Positions 42,651 to 53,841 of a DNA stretch of 64,000 nt are shown here, piece by piece. Origin of the DNA: Williopsis jadinii (lineage: Eukaryota); assembly GCA_024346625.1 (NCBI GenBank), contig AP024666.1:1860001-1924000 (forward strand), given 5' to 3'. Every line of letters begins with the position of its first letter. The first letter of the stretch is position 1. The translations under genes and the position numbers were made by a program. The notes below the pieces were generated by a model that saw only the letters and a program-made list of their open reading frames with translations, had not been told where the DNA came from and did no database searches.

Positions 42651-43655
42651 TCACTGTCTCGATTGGACTTGTCTCAATTGATCTAATAGCTGTTGTTGTA
42701 GAGCAGTGTTCCTCTGCAATTTTTTCAGGACTTCGTTATCAACGTCAAAGTATAGCCCTCTGTTATCGTAGTAGTCCATTCTTTTGTACTGGTTCTCACT
42801 CGGTTTGATCCATTCTAGCCAGTTTGCACCCATAACTTCACGCCAATTCTGCTTCCAGCCCAAGTCAAAGGCATTGCCCATGGTATCTGAGTTCGGCTGC
42901 TGAGACAATGAATAGTAGGCATCGTTGATCAAGTTCAAATTGTTTCTATAGCGCACCATGTCGTAGTGTTCTATCGTGGTCATGTTATGGAAGAGGAAGT
43001 ACAGCGTGAAGCCCATGAACACTCCTACTGCAAAGAACATCGTCAGCGCAAGCACACCGAGCAGTATCACATTCAGCAGGATAGTGACCTCCTTATACTT
43101 CTCTGACTTGAAGAAGTCGTAGATGTCGATTCCACTGATCACCAGGTTCACAAGCGAATAGAGCACCGTACATATGAGGAATTGGATAAAGAACTTGTAA
43201 TTGCGGTAGCCAACGCACTGAGCAAACCAAGGACAATGGTGGTCCATCTTCAGCTGGCACCTGTTGCAGCTGGAGCAATGGTGGCTTCTATCTGGCTTCC
43301 AGCAGTGACACTTCTTACAGTATCTCAGCGTGCCAGCAGACTTCACCTGTATCGACCTCTCCGATATGAACTGCGGAGGCTCATTCTGGAACGACGAGTC
43401 CTCGTCGAGCCCCGTGCACAGCTCAGGGAAGTCCAACGGTGATCCACAGCCAACCCGGACCACCTGGAAGTAGGTGTATAGCCCATAGGCGTACAGTATC
43501 AAACTGATTGCTCCACCAACGCTCCATAGAATACCGTCCTTCAGGAACACAATATCAACCGTTTCAACGTATAGAGCATACGAATAGAGAGAAACAACAA
43601 GAACCTTCGGGAAGAGCACGGTGATACGGCACAACAGAACCTCTAGGCACCTCAT
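42651..43655 (-). CDS. PFA3: DHHC palmitoyltransferase
   Basis: CKKCHCWKPDRSHHCSSC...MDHHCPWFAQCVG and TTIE motifs; four TM segments. Confidence 0.82.
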   Translation of the reverse strand: MRCLEVLLCRITVLFPKVLVVSLYSYALYVETVDIVFLKDGILWSVGGAISLILYAYGLYTYFQVVRVGCGSPLDFPELCTGLDEDSSFQNEPPQFISERSIQVKSAGTLRYCKKCHCWKPDRSHHCSSCNRCQLKMDHHCPWFAQCVGYRNYKFFIQFLICTVLYSLVNLVISGIDIYDFFKSEKYKEVTILLNVILLGVLALTMFFAVGVFMGFTLYFLFHNMTTIEHYDMVRYRNNLNLINDAYYSLSQQPNSDTMGNAFDLGWKQNWREVMGANWLEWIKPSENQYKRMDYYDNRGLYFDVDNEVLKKLQRNTALQQQLLDQLRQVQSRQ

Positions 43656-43890
43656 CTCATCGATCAATTGATGCTGGCTACGTAATTTCTCTCTCTGATT
43701 TGGCAGTGAAAGCTGTTGCAGTGGGCTCTGCTATGTGAAACTTTCAGCGGAGCGCATCGAGTTTCCGCATTGGGCAAGCGCAGCACTGAGACATGTTAAA
43801 AAGCGCATCAATGCGTGTATTATGTCTTGTCTTTCTTCTCTTTCTTCTCTCAATTGCCTCAAGTTCCCGTTAGATTTGGCCAATTGAGCG

Positions 43891-44739
43891 ATGGTGGTGA
43901 AGGGACAGGTGCACAGGATCAGCAGCAACGTCACGGCGTTTGAGCTGGGTGATGGTGGCGGTGAGAATGCGCTCATCTTCATCGGAGGACTGGGCGATGG
44001 GCTGTTAACTGTTCCTTACGTCGAGAGGCTTACGCTCCCACAAGGATGGTGCGTGTATAACTTGTTGTTCTCCTCGTCATACACAGGCTGGGGGCTGGGG
44101 TCCTTGGACAGGGACGTGGAGGAGATGGCACTGCTGGTTCAATACCTCAAGAGTGAGAAGAAGGGGAAAATCGTCCTTATGGGCCATTCCACAGGGACGC
44201 AGGACTGCATCCATTATCTACTGACAAATGGCAAGGACGTCGATGGTGTTATTCTGCAGGCCTCTGTGAGCGACCGTGAAGCAATGGAGATGTCGATGGG
44301 GCACGAGGAGCTGGGACGTATAAATGAGGCCATCTTGAAGTTGCAAGAGGCCCACGGAGCAGAGTACATCATCCCAAGGGAGTACTCTGATAAGTTCTTT
44401 GGTGCTCCAATGACGTGCTATAGATGGCTGTCGATGTCCCTGAAAGGCGGAGACGACGACTACTTCTCCTCGGACCTGTCAGATGAACAGCTACGCTCGA
44501 CCTTTGGCAAAGTAGACAAGCCGTTGGCGTTCTTATACTCTGGCGATGACGAGTTTGTTCCTTCAACTGTCGACAAGCAGAGCTTAGTGGAGCATTGGAG
44601 TTCATTTGTACCATCGCAGTATTTGAGCAAAGAGTCCAAGGTTGTTCCAGGTGCTACGCATAACTGTGGCTCCAAGTCCAAGCCAGAGTCATTCTCGGTA
44701 TTGAACGAATCGGTATCAAACTTTTTATCATCTATTTAA
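43891..44739 (+). CDS. DUF1749/UPF0613 alpha/beta hydrolase
   Basis: FIGGLGDGLLTVPY, MGHSTGTQD nucleophile elbow, LQASVSDRE, DDYFSSDL. Confidence 0.85.
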   Translation: MVVKGQVHRISSNVTAFELGDGGGENALIFIGGLGDGLLTVPYVERLTLPQGWCVYNLLFSSSYTGWGLGSLDRDVEEMALLVQYLKSEKKGKIVLMGHSTGTQDCIHYLLTNGKDVDGVILQASVSDREAMEMSMGHEELGRINEAILKLQEAHGAEYIIPREYSDKFFGAPMTCYRWLSMSLKGGDDDYFSSDLSDEQLRSTFGKVDKPLAFLYSGDDEFVPSTVDKQSLVEHWSSFVPSQYLSKESKVVPGATHNCGSKSKPESFSVLNESVSNFLSSI

Positions 44740-44750
44740 CCAGCTTTTGT

Positions 44751-45689
44751 TTAGGCAGTCTTAACCTTTGGTCTCGACTTGTAGTAAGCCTCTAATGATA
44801 CTCCAGAGAACACTAGACATATAGCAGCCCACTGCATCATTGTCAGCCTATGTCCAAAGACAATGACACTCAACATCATCGACATCATCTTTCTTGTGAC
44901 CGTGACTGTGATGAGAATTAGCGACCCAAACCTGTGTAACGTTAAAAAGATAAAGATTTGACCCAGTGCTCCACACAGTCCGTAGCAGATCAGCTCGTAG
45001 ATCAGCCTAGGATCTGTGTAAAAGACACTTACTGAGTATGTTAACTGGCCAGAAACGGTGCAATACACCAATGTCAACAGCGTACTGACAAAATTGAGCA
45101 AAAACATCAAATGTGCTGGATCGAGCTTCAGATTCTTGAACATGACGTCTTGAGTCGCATTTGTAACACCATCCAATAGCAGACTCGACATCAACAAGGC
45201 CAATCCTATCAACAGCTGTTCGCCGTGGTCCATCTCTTTACCACCAATGGAGAATAACGAGACACCCACAGTTACAATCCCAACAACAACGTATTTGTAC
45301 AAGGGGAACTTCTCCTTATACCACACTTTATGGACAAACATAACAGGAACAAGTTTACAGCTCTTCGCCAAGGTGTATAGCAGATAGCCAACGTATGAAG
45401 TACTCATCATCCCCAGTGGAGAGCTCAGTGATTGGGTCAACGACACGAGACACACCGGCTTAACAACGTCTAAGTGGAATTTTTGGACTCTTGGACACGT
45501 CAATTGAACAAAGCACAACCCAACAAGGCACGCAAGGGAGTTCTGGAACAGATTGATCACGAACGGTGCGTTGAACTGTGAGCCATCAGAGAGTGTATAC
45601 GATGTGATCTGTTCTTGCAAGGCACCCCATGTTAGGAAGGAGGCATAGATACCCAAAACGTACACAACAAGAAGAGCAGAGGAGTTCAT
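44751..45689 (-). CDS. HUT1: UDP-galactose transporter homologue
   Basis: GIYASFLTWGALQE, LAKSCKLVPVM, LDGVTNATQD and TVTRKMMS motifs. Divergent from SRP68, as in S. cerevisiae. Confidence 0.92.
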   Translation of the reverse strand: MNSSALLVVYVLGIYASFLTWGALQEQITSYTLSDGSQFNAPFVINLFQNSLACLVGLCFVQLTCPRVQKFHLDVVKPVCLVSLTQSLSSPLGMMSTSYVGYLLYTLAKSCKLVPVMFVHKVWYKEKFPLYKYVVVGIVTVGVSLFSIGGKEMDHGEQLLIGLALLMSSLLLDGVTNATQDVMFKNLKLDPAHLMFLLNFVSTLLTLVYCTVSGQLTYSVSVFYTDPRLIYELICYGLCGALGQIFIFLTLHRFGSLILITVTVTRKMMSMMLSVIVFGHRLTMMQWAAICLVFSGVSLEAYYKSRPKVKTA

Positions 45690-45999
45690 AGAGAGAGAGG
45701 GTGATAGTGAGTTCCACAGTGAAGTCCTTGCTGAACAATTGGTGAGTGATCTGGGATATCGAACAGTTGTAATATTTCAATTCGATGAAGCTGGCCTCGG
45801 TGATCTTAAATCACGTGATGTAACAAGGCCCAAACACGTGATAGGATTACATAATCATATACCGAATTATTATGTAATATTTTTCCAGCTGAAAATTTCG
45901 ATCAACGGCTTTCGACGAACAAACGGCCACACGAAAACAGCTTTATTCAACATTTCTAGCTGGTCAAAGTGGGACAGATTAGAGAGGAAAGCGATCACA

Positions 46000-47583
46000 A
46001 TGGACTCTCCTTTTGCTCTCACATGGGCCAACCATAATGTTGCAGATGCAGAGGACTACAAGCGCATCCGTACCAGGGTTGTGAGACGTGTTCACAAGCT
46101 GAGAAAGTACCTGTCTATTCAACAGCGTAAGACCAAACAGTACTCACATCACAGCATCAGTGCAGAGGATGTTGGTAAGGATTACAAGTATTGGCTCATT
46201 GCGTTGCTTTCATTGGAGAGGGACTTCTGTTATGCGATGGAGCTGAAGAGCCTGTCGCAGTTGGATGCCAAGTTGGACACCAGGGCTAAGCACAAGTTAT
46301 TCCTCACCAGGTTGAAGAGATCAGTTCAAGAGTGTGACTCCTTGGTTCAATTGGTCGGTGGTATTGATGCCAACAGTACCAACGAGCTAGAGCTGCTGGT
46401 GTACAGGGAATTCATCAATGCCCAGCAGTCAATGGCATTGAAGCAATGGGACAGTGCCATTGCCCAGTTGTCATTGGCACGAGTTGGGCTCCAGTTCCTC
46501 GAGGAACATGGAAACGCCGAAAACTTCGGGAAGTATAAAGGTGTGATTGACTCAGATATTGATTCTTTGTTGATCGGTGCTATTCACAAGTCCTCAAAGA
46601 ACTATTCCTCGGATATTGGCGAAGTTGCAAAGAGTGTTGTTTCGCTACGCTCTGATTCAAGGGTGTACCAGTTGATCTCTTCTGTTGACGATTCATTCTT
46701 GAAACCTTCTGGTGAATCAAAATCTGTCAAGGAATTGCAATGGAGATCATACACAGCCAAGATCAAAGACGATTCTCTCGGTAGAACCCTCTACAAGATC
46801 CAGACCTGTCCATTGGAATCCATGGATGACTTTGACACTTTGAACAACTTGATCTCGCAGGCATCTGAATCACATAGTATGTGGTTACAGAACGAGATCA
46901 AGGAAGAGGATGACGAGATCTTGACCTCGTACCTTCAATACACCCACGTGCTGACCTCGTTAAGACGTAATGTTAAACTGTTGGGCACTGTTAAACCTAC
47001 CGAGGCATTGACGTTACTCGACAAGATCAACCAGGAAGTTGAGTCATTAGAAGAGATTCCTGGTGTTTTCAACGATGACGAGTTATACGAGACTCTCCAA
47101 GGCATGAAACACTACTACAACGCCTTGAAGTTGAAACACATTGCAGACTTCTACTTTTCACAGAAGCAGTTCAAAGAGTCACTCTTGCTATCTTCAAAAG
47201 TGTGCGAATCCCTTGAAGACGTAAAGATCTCGATACCATTCGAATTCATCAATGATGACACCGTGAAGGAGTTACATGCACAGGTCAAGACCTTGGTGAC
47301 AAACTCACAGATCTTAGCCCAGCTCTCCCAATCTTCCACGAGTGACTCTCTTGCTGATGACGTCTCCAGGGGATTAACAAGAGATTCAACTATTGTCAAC
47401 TTGAACATGACCCCCATCTCAGTGAAACCTGTGTTGTTCGACGTTGCATTCAACTACATCCATCAGCAGGATCAACCTCAACCTCAACAGCAAGCCACAC
47501 CTTCTGTTACAAAAGCTCAAGTTGGTAATGAGGCCAATTCATCTGATAAGAAGAAAGGGTTCTTTGGCATCTTTGGCCGTTGA
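46000..47583 (+). CDS. SRP68: Signal recognition particle subunit Srp68
   Basis: DYKRIR...KLRK, KPVLFDVAFNYI and KKGFFGIFGR C-terminus; ATG at 46000. Confidence 0.9.
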   Translation: MDSPFALTWANHNVADAEDYKRIRTRVVRRVHKLRKYLSIQQRKTKQYSHHSISAEDVGKDYKYWLIALLSLERDFCYAMELKSLSQLDAKLDTRAKHKLFLTRLKRSVQECDSLVQLVGGIDANSTNELELLVYREFINAQQSMALKQWDSAIAQLSLARVGLQFLEEHGNAENFGKYKGVIDSDIDSLLIGAIHKSSKNYSSDIGEVAKSVVSLRSDSRVYQLISSVDDSFLKPSGESKSVKELQWRSYTAKIKDDSLGRTLYKIQTCPLESMDDFDTLNNLISQASESHSMWLQNEIKEEDDEILTSYLQYTHVLTSLRRNVKLLGTVKPTEALTLLDKINQEVESLEEIPGVFNDDELYETLQGMKHYYNALKLKHIADFYFSQKQFKESLLLSSKVCESLEDVKISIPFEFINDDTVKELHAQVKTLVTNSQILAQLSQSSTSDSLADDVSRGLTRDSTIVNLNMTPISVKPVLFDVAFNYIHQQDQPQPQQQATPSVTKAQVGNEANSSDKKKGFFGIFGR

Positions 47584-47913
47584 AACCACAAAACAAACAA
47601 CAACGATGAAACGATGCCACGTGGGTGATTTGTGTGTATAGTACGAATGAAGAATGCTTCTTAATAACAACCTCTGACACCGATTCGCTCCATAAGTAGC
47701 CACATCTTGTATCACTTCTATAAAATCAATGAGGACCTCATATAGACTGCTTACGTAAACACCCGGACACACGCATACACCCAGACACCATTTATGTCCT
47801 CGTCTGCGCTGTGAACTTCCCGAGATCGCATCATGTCTGAAATTTGGTGCCGATAAACTCACCCCACAAATTTCTCCATGGAAGGGATAGCACAGTTGGG
47901 TTAAACCAGTGCA

Positions 47914-49167
47914 ATGTTGAGAAGATTGATAGTTCAGTCAAAGAGATCTGTTTCACAGCTTGCGAGCTCCGTGAACAAAGGTTCTGTGAATGTTTCCCCA
48001 GCACAGGGGTCAATCCAGTTCTCATTCGATGGGGGAAATGTCAAATACTCTTATACAAATGCGTTTCTGAGGGATGCTTCAGAGTCCCAGACCTCGCTTG
48101 ACGGTAACACGGGTCAAAAGCTGTTCACCACTGGTGAGATTGGTGATGTATTCCCTGTTGAGCTGGGTGTTGTCAACGATTCAAGCGTCAAAGTGAAATG
48201 GTCTGACGGTGATGAGTACGTATACTCGAAGGAGTTCTTGGAGAAGCACTCGACGAGAGAATCGCAATTCAGAGGTAGATACCACGAGGATCTGGTGACA
48301 CTGTGGGATCCTTCTGATGAGTCCAAATATCCGCAGCTGCCATATTATGACTATCACGATTATATCAACACTCGTGAAACGTTGGCACAAGTTGTGCGTG
48401 ATATGCACAAGTTTGGACTTGCTGTGATTGGTAACATTCCTGATCTTTCTGCTGAGGAGCAAGACAAACAGCTCCTTGTTTCCAAGATCGGTGGTAGAAT
48501 TGGCTATATCAGACCAACGTTTTACGGATATACCTTTGACGTGAAGTCCAAGCCTGGCGCAACTAACATTGCATACACATCAAAGTTCCTACCACTACAC
48601 CACGACCTTTGCTATTACCAGTCTCCACCGGGCTTGCAGCTGCTACACTGTATTAGAAACAGAGCCACCGGTGGTGAGAACGTCTTTGCAGACTCCTTTG
48701 CAGCAGCCAAGCACGTTGCCAAAGTCGACCCTGTTGCCTATGAAGCACTGAAGACCGTCCCTATCAACTTCCATTTCAACAGAGATGGCCATCACTACTT
48801 CCATTCCCATCCTCTTGTTGTTGAGCGTCATTTCACTTCCCAGCCTGGGTTCTTGGAAGAGGTGAACTACTCACCGCCTTTCCAAGCGCCTTACGACTAC
48901 GGCCTGGAGCCAAACACCAAGGAGAGCGAGATCTTCCAAGACTTCCTCCGTGGTATGAAGCTGTTTGAAGACTTCATCAACGATCCTCTGAACAAGGTCA
49001 AGTTCAAGACCGATGAAGGTACGTGCGTGATCTTCGACAACAGAAGAGTGCTACACGCACGTGACGAGTTTGACCCTCAGTCCGGGGAAAGATGGTTGAA
49101 AGGTTGTTATCTCGATAAGGATGCCTTCCAATCCAAAGTGAGAGCTGTGGAGCTCGGTGATTACTAA
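47914..49167 (+). CDS. AIM17: Mitochondrial Fe(II)/2-oxoglutarate dioxygenase (gamma-butyrobetaine hydroxylase/TauD family)
   Basis: MLRRL presequence; NIAYT..LPLHHDL, GLQLLH and FDNRRVLHAR motifs. Confidence 0.82.
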   Translation: MLRRLIVQSKRSVSQLASSVNKGSVNVSPAQGSIQFSFDGGNVKYSYTNAFLRDASESQTSLDGNTGQKLFTTGEIGDVFPVELGVVNDSSVKVKWSDGDEYVYSKEFLEKHSTRESQFRGRYHEDLVTLWDPSDESKYPQLPYYDYHDYINTRETLAQVVRDMHKFGLAVIGNIPDLSAEEQDKQLLVSKIGGRIGYIRPTFYGYTFDVKSKPGATNIAYTSKFLPLHHDLCYYQSPPGLQLLHCIRNRATGGENVFADSFAAAKHVAKVDPVAYEALKTVPINFHFNRDGHHYFHSHPLVVERHFTSQPGFLEEVNYSPPFQAPYDYGLEPNTKESEIFQDFLRGMKLFEDFINDPLNKVKFKTDEGTCVIFDNRRVLHARDEFDPQSGERWLKGCYLDKDAFQSKVRAVELGDY

Positions 49168-49518
49168 CTTCCTCCCTCTAATAGCATCTCGACTCATACA
49201 TCAATTTCGTCCTTGTATGGCGCTTAATTGTCCATAGTATCAGATAAACAACACAAGATTACATACAAACCGCTGACGCGTAGAACAAACACACGAAAAT
49301 GTAAACATCCCAAATAGGAAATTATCCACAAAGAGTAAACACCACCTGGAACACGAACACAAAAGCACTTTTTGCGGCCTAAAGCCTCAAAGAAAGAAAA
49401 AAACGCGTCCAAAAAATCTCTCGCGGCTGCTCTTCGATTCGACCTCATTGTTTTCCTTCTAATCGACGTAAACACAGCACGGCGGCTAGGTTAGAAGGTC
49501 ACGAGAAGCGAGAGAGCG

Positions 49519-52500
49519 ATGTCTTCCTTAACCAGCGACCACTACGAGAGGCTCATGGAGTACTACAATGCTCTGAAGCAGTTTCTCTCGATGTCTGTGG
49601 CTCCTCAGAAGTCGAACCCCAACAGGGCGGCTAAGGCTAGGGGAAAGCTCCTGAAGCTATCGATGACACAGTTCTATGAGTTGAGTACAGACGTGTACGA
49701 CGAGTTGCAGAGAAGAATCAGCGAGTCGCAGGAGGAGCCGGACTTTCTACTTCCCATGGCGAAGTTTCACCCGAAGAGAAACGAGGCCAGAGAGAAGTTG
49801 GGTTCTTTGCAGCCGGGGAGGTTTAGAGACTTGGTTAGCGATATCTTTTATGAGATTGAGCGAAGAGGCTTACACCTGCCTAGAGAGGAGGAGCCACTGA
49901 AGAACGTGGAGCCTGTGAGTAAAGCTCGATCTCCTGTTGTACCGCCAACAACTTTGCCAACTGCTACGCAGACTGGTGTGCCAAATGGTGTTGAGACTGG
50001 TGTGCCAGAAATTATTGACAGATCAGTATCAGAGATACAAGCGCACGATTTGGATAACGCTTCAACCCCACCGATGAACAACACGAACAACTTGACAGTT
50101 GACGACTCTGCAATGGAGGAGGTAAAACAACCACAGAATACACTGAAGACGTTGCAACCTTCATCTGTGATTCCAACTAAAGCCGAAATGACATGGACAT
50201 CTGATGAGGAAGAGGAGGATCCAGATGACTCTTTGAAGATTCTCAACACTAGTCATACGAAGACAAAATCGTTAGAGATATCCAGGGGTGATATTCCAGC
50301 CCTGGTGCCTGCGAATGAGAAGAAGTTGCGTTCCTCTCCTACTTTACCTCTGAAAGAGGCCGATTCTACAAATATTCCGGTTACAGAGACGTCTCGTGGA
50401 CTGCAACATGGGTTATCATTTTCCAAAAGTAGAAACAAAGATAGAGAGATTGAGTTACTCCTTTCAGAAGGAACAAAAATGGACGAGAAGATCACAGATC
50501 TTGAACAGAAAAATGCATTGTTACAGTCCAAATTAGAAAAGCTCGAAACTGAAAATGAAAATCTTAAAGAGGTTAAAGGCAACTTGATGGATAAGATTGC
50601 CAAGTTGGAATCCGAGATATCTTCTAAAGGTGATCAGGAAGCCCAAGAAGTCCAAGGGAAATCCCGTTCTACACAGTTGTATGACCTTACTAACGATGAT
50701 GATTGGAAAGCAAAGTACGATCAGTTGAAAGTGCAAAAAGTGGAAGAGTATCTGGCTCTCGATACCATTTCAGATGAAGCTATGGAAAAATTTGTTTCTA
50801 GAGATGGATTGATTCCATCAAACTTGTTAACTCAGTTACAGGAATCTGTCAGATCATTTCTGATAAAACTGAATGACTCATCGTTGGTACAGAGTCCTGA
50901 TGTGTTTTTCGACTGTATATCCTATATCTCGGATTATGCATCGAAAATTGCAAAATATGCTGCAAACTCTGACAAGTCAGAGCTGATCCGTGCATCGGTA
51001 TCACACGCAATCACATCAACAAGATATTTCACATTGTACTCGGAGATTATGCCAAAACTGATCATTCAACGGGCAGTATCTGAAGTGGTATTCAGTGTCT
51101 GTGATCTTGTTGCAGATGTTAAACTTAATAACGACTTGGACTCTGCTGTGGCTTCTGCTATGGCCTCTACATCTCAAATCAATGCAAAGAGATTTTCTGG
51201 TGAGTCCACCTTGGACAGTAATACTGAGGTCTCACCGGTCAGACCTTTAAGAATGGCCAAGTCTTCTTCAAGATCAGTTAGCAGCTCCAACCAAGCAACA
51301 ACAGGAGTTCCACCATCTTTGAATACAGACATGGATAACAATATTGGTACTAAGCCATTCCGTTTGACAAAGGATTCGCCATCAATTTCTAGAAGTTTCG
51401 ATCGTTTCCAAGGTGGTCAACCTTCCGATATCAAGCCTTCCTTGAATATTAGTCCAGTAATGGCACGCTTTACACCAGAAATCGTGAAATCACCGAATTC
51501 GACAACAAAGGCAACTGGTCTAGGACTGAGGAAATCATCTTCTCAGGCTATTCTCTCAAAGGTGAAACAGTTTGAAGAACAAGATCAAAGTGCAAAGACA
51601 AGCCCACAGTTTACTCCAAAGGTTAGCCCAAAGGTTAACCCAAAGGCTAGTCCAAAAGCTAGTCCAAAAGCTAGTCCAAAAGCTAGTCCAAAAGCTAGTC
51701 CAAAAGCTAGTCCAAAAGCCCATGTTGTTAATTCTTCATCTAATAAAGTCAACAACGTGATTGAACAGAAAGATTCATCAGCTCAATCTCCAGAACACTT
51801 GTTCATTGGATTTTCTGAAACGGAAAAAAAGGTAACTACCGAGTTGGAAAATCCTAAGAGCTCTGGCTCTGTCAAGACTGAAGAACCTACTATCAAAAAT
51901 GGGCCAATTTTGAGTGGTGTTTCGATTGAGAAACAAGCTAGTATACCTCCACAAGATGAAGAGAAAATAGAAGATGAGAGATCTCTACTTTCTAAAAATG
52001 TCAATGGATTGAAGAAGTCTGTGGACAATTCACTGAGAAATGATGCTGCAGGTCAAACCGTTGAAGAAGTCTCTTCTTTGAAAGATACAATTCCTCAGAT
52101 CAAGTCTACTAATGCGAGAGGTAACATACTAACAAATGATGACTCCACTGCCGCCGCTTCTCCTGAACCAAGCATTTTGAATAACAAAACTGCCGTTGGA
52201 GCTGTGATTGGTAGTGCTGCGGGGGTAATTGCAAGTTCATGGTCCAAAACCTCCAAGAAGAAAGAGCAGAACCAAACTACGGAGGAGGAAGAAGAGGTTG
52301 ATATTGAAGATTTCAAAAGTTCTCTTATTGCGAACAATAATATTAAAAAACTGCAACATCAAAACCAAGATGATAGTGATGGGGCGTTTTCTCTCAAACC
52401 TTCTCAAATTGACTCCCATATAGTTGTTTCGAACAAGAGTGGGAAATCTGCTGTTCCAGAGGATGACCTGAACTTTTCCCCATTAGACGAGAAGAATGAG

Positions 52501-53841
52501 AAGTATGACGGTAATCCTAAAAATTCATTGAACAACGAATCTACCGCTACTAATCCTTGGAGACTGGATTCTCTTGTGAACGACGTTATGGGGTCTTCAT
52601 ACGCTGATGCTGACGCTGCTCATCACGACAAGAGTCAACAAGAGGTGAAGGTGCCCACAGAGGACCAGGCTCCTTCGCAGCCAAGAGAACTTCCTGCCAT
52701 ACCTAATAATGAAGTTATCAACCTTGATAGTGACTTCAGCGAAGATGATACAGTGATTGAAAAAGTTGAACCTTTGAAGACACCACGTTCTGATATCTCT
52801 ACAAGATCGGTGGGAAAATCTGAAAGTGAAGCACCAGTGATTAGACATGTCAAGGTTACGAAGAAAGATTTGGGTGATGCAAGTCCAATAATGAGTCCAG
52901 GTGCATTTCCGAAAACAAAGACTTCCTCGGAGTCCTCTCCAAAATTGCCAACACACTCTGAGCCAACACACTCTCAGTCAACACACTCTGAGCCAGCGCA
53001 CTCGTCATTTTCGAATTCTAAGCGGGAGTTAGACCAGACTGCAGTGTCGTCTCCAAGCTTATCAGAATATCCTACAACACCATTACCAGGGACACTGTCT
53101 AGTTTCCCATCAAGACACGATGATGATGGTGATGATGTTGTTATTGAAGCGAAGAACTCAACACCAGTTACATCCTCAACTCCTGTGGTACCAAAGCACA
53201 GACCATCACCATCGTCAGTACCGACATCAGTGTCATCACCGGCACCGGTGTCAATATCAGCGTCAACGCCAGCACCAGCAGTAGCACAAGTGCCAAAGTC
53301 ACTGTCAACTTCATCTGCGTCTGCGACACATCATGAGAACCAGCATCAATTCGACGAGGACAACTTTGACGTTGATGAGTTTGACATTGATAATCCGGAT
53401 AACACACTTTCTGAGTTGTTGCTATATCTGGAGCATCAAACCGTAAAGGTTATATCGACAATCCAAGCGTTATTGAGTGCTATAAAGCTTGCTGATTCCA
53501 CAAAGGGTGAATTGAGAAACGATTCCAAGGCCATCAACGACGTCATTTCACAAATGGTCCAAGCGTCTAGCACGGCGATGAATCAGAGTCGTAATGCACA
53601 GTTGAAAGAGCATGGTGGATGGGTTGTTGACAGTTTAAGCGACTGCGGCCGTCGTATGAATCTGATGTGTACATCAACTGGGGAGGGAGATGAAGATGAC
53701 GACTATGCCGATAAGAGTTTCAAGCAGAGATTGGCGGGCATTGCATTCGACGTTGCCAAATGTACAAAAGAGTTGGTGAAGAGTGTCGAGGAGGCCAATC
53801 TGAAGGAGGAAATCGAACATTTGAATGCAAGACTTGGATGA
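49519..53841 (+). CDS. SPA2: Polarisome scaffold Spa2
   Basis: SHD-I repeats (ARGKLLKLS..QFYELSTDVYDELQRR; KRNEAREKL), coiled coil, SHD-V C-terminus LAGIAFDVAKCTKELVK. Confidence 0.95.
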   Translation: MSSLTSDHYERLMEYYNALKQFLSMSVAPQKSNPNRAAKARGKLLKLSMTQFYELSTDVYDELQRRISESQEEPDFLLPMAKFHPKRNEAREKLGSLQPGRFRDLVSDIFYEIERRGLHLPREEEPLKNVEPVSKARSPVVPPTTLPTATQTGVPNGVETGVPEIIDRSVSEIQAHDLDNASTPPMNNTNNLTVDDSAMEEVKQPQNTLKTLQPSSVIPTKAEMTWTSDEEEEDPDDSLKILNTSHTKTKSLEISRGDIPALVPANEKKLRSSPTLPLKEADSTNIPVTETSRGLQHGLSFSKSRNKDREIELLLSEGTKMDEKITDLEQKNALLQSKLEKLETENENLKEVKGNLMDKIAKLESEISSKGDQEAQEVQGKSRSTQLYDLTNDDDWKAKYDQLKVQKVEEYLALDTISDEAMEKFVSRDGLIPSNLLTQLQESVRSFLIKLNDSSLVQSPDVFFDCISYISDYASKIAKYAANSDKSELIRASVSHAITSTRYFTLYSEIMPKLIIQRAVSEVVFSVCDLVADVKLNNDLDSAVASAMASTSQINAKRFSGESTLDSNTEVSPVRPLRMAKSSSRSVSSSNQATTGVPPSLNTDMDNNIGTKPFRLTKDSPSISRSFDRFQGGQPSDIKPSLNISPVMARFTPEIVKSPNSTTKATGLGLRKSSSQAILSKVKQFEEQDQSAKTSPQFTPKVSPKVNPKASPKASPKASPKASPKASPKASPKAHVVNSSSNKVNNVIEQKDSSAQSPEHLFIGFSETEKKVTTELENPKSSGSVKTEEPTIKNGPILSGVSIEKQASIPPQDEEKIEDERSLLSKNVNGLKKSVDNSLRNDAAGQTVEEVSSLKDTIPQIKSTNARGNILTNDDSTAAASPEPSILNNKTAVGAVIGSAAGVIASSWSKTSKKKEQNQTTEEEEEVDIEDFKSSLIANNNIKKLQHQNQDDSDGAFSLKPSQIDSHIVVSNKSGKSAVPEDDLNFSPLDEKNEKYDGNPKNSLNNESTATNPWRLDSLVNDVMGSSYADADAAHHDKSQQEVKVPTEDQAPSQPRELPAIPNNEVINLDSDFSEDDTVIEKVEPLKTPRSDISTRSVGKSESEAPVIRHVKVTKKDLGDASPIMSPGAFPKTKTSSESSPKLPTHSEPTHSQSTHSEPAHSSFSNSKRELDQTAVSSPSLSEYPTTPLPGTLSSFPSRHDDDGDDVVIEAKNSTPVTSSTPVVPKHRPSPSSVPTSVSSPAPVSISASTPAPAVAQVPKSLSTSSASATHHENQHQFDEDNFDVDEFDIDNPDNTLSELLLYLEHQTVKVISTIQALLSAIKLADSTKGELRNDSKAINDVISQMVQASSTAMNQSRNAQLKEHGGWVVDSLSDCGRRMNLMCTSTGEGDEDDDYADKSFKQRLAGIAFDVAKCTKELVKSVEEANLKEEIEHLNARLG
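51616..51720 (+). repeat. 12-bp coding tandem repeat (CCAAAAGCTAGT-type, ~8.75 units) encoding PKAS-type repeats
   Basis: Direct read; three divergent units followed by five identical units and a partial unit. Confidence 0.9.
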
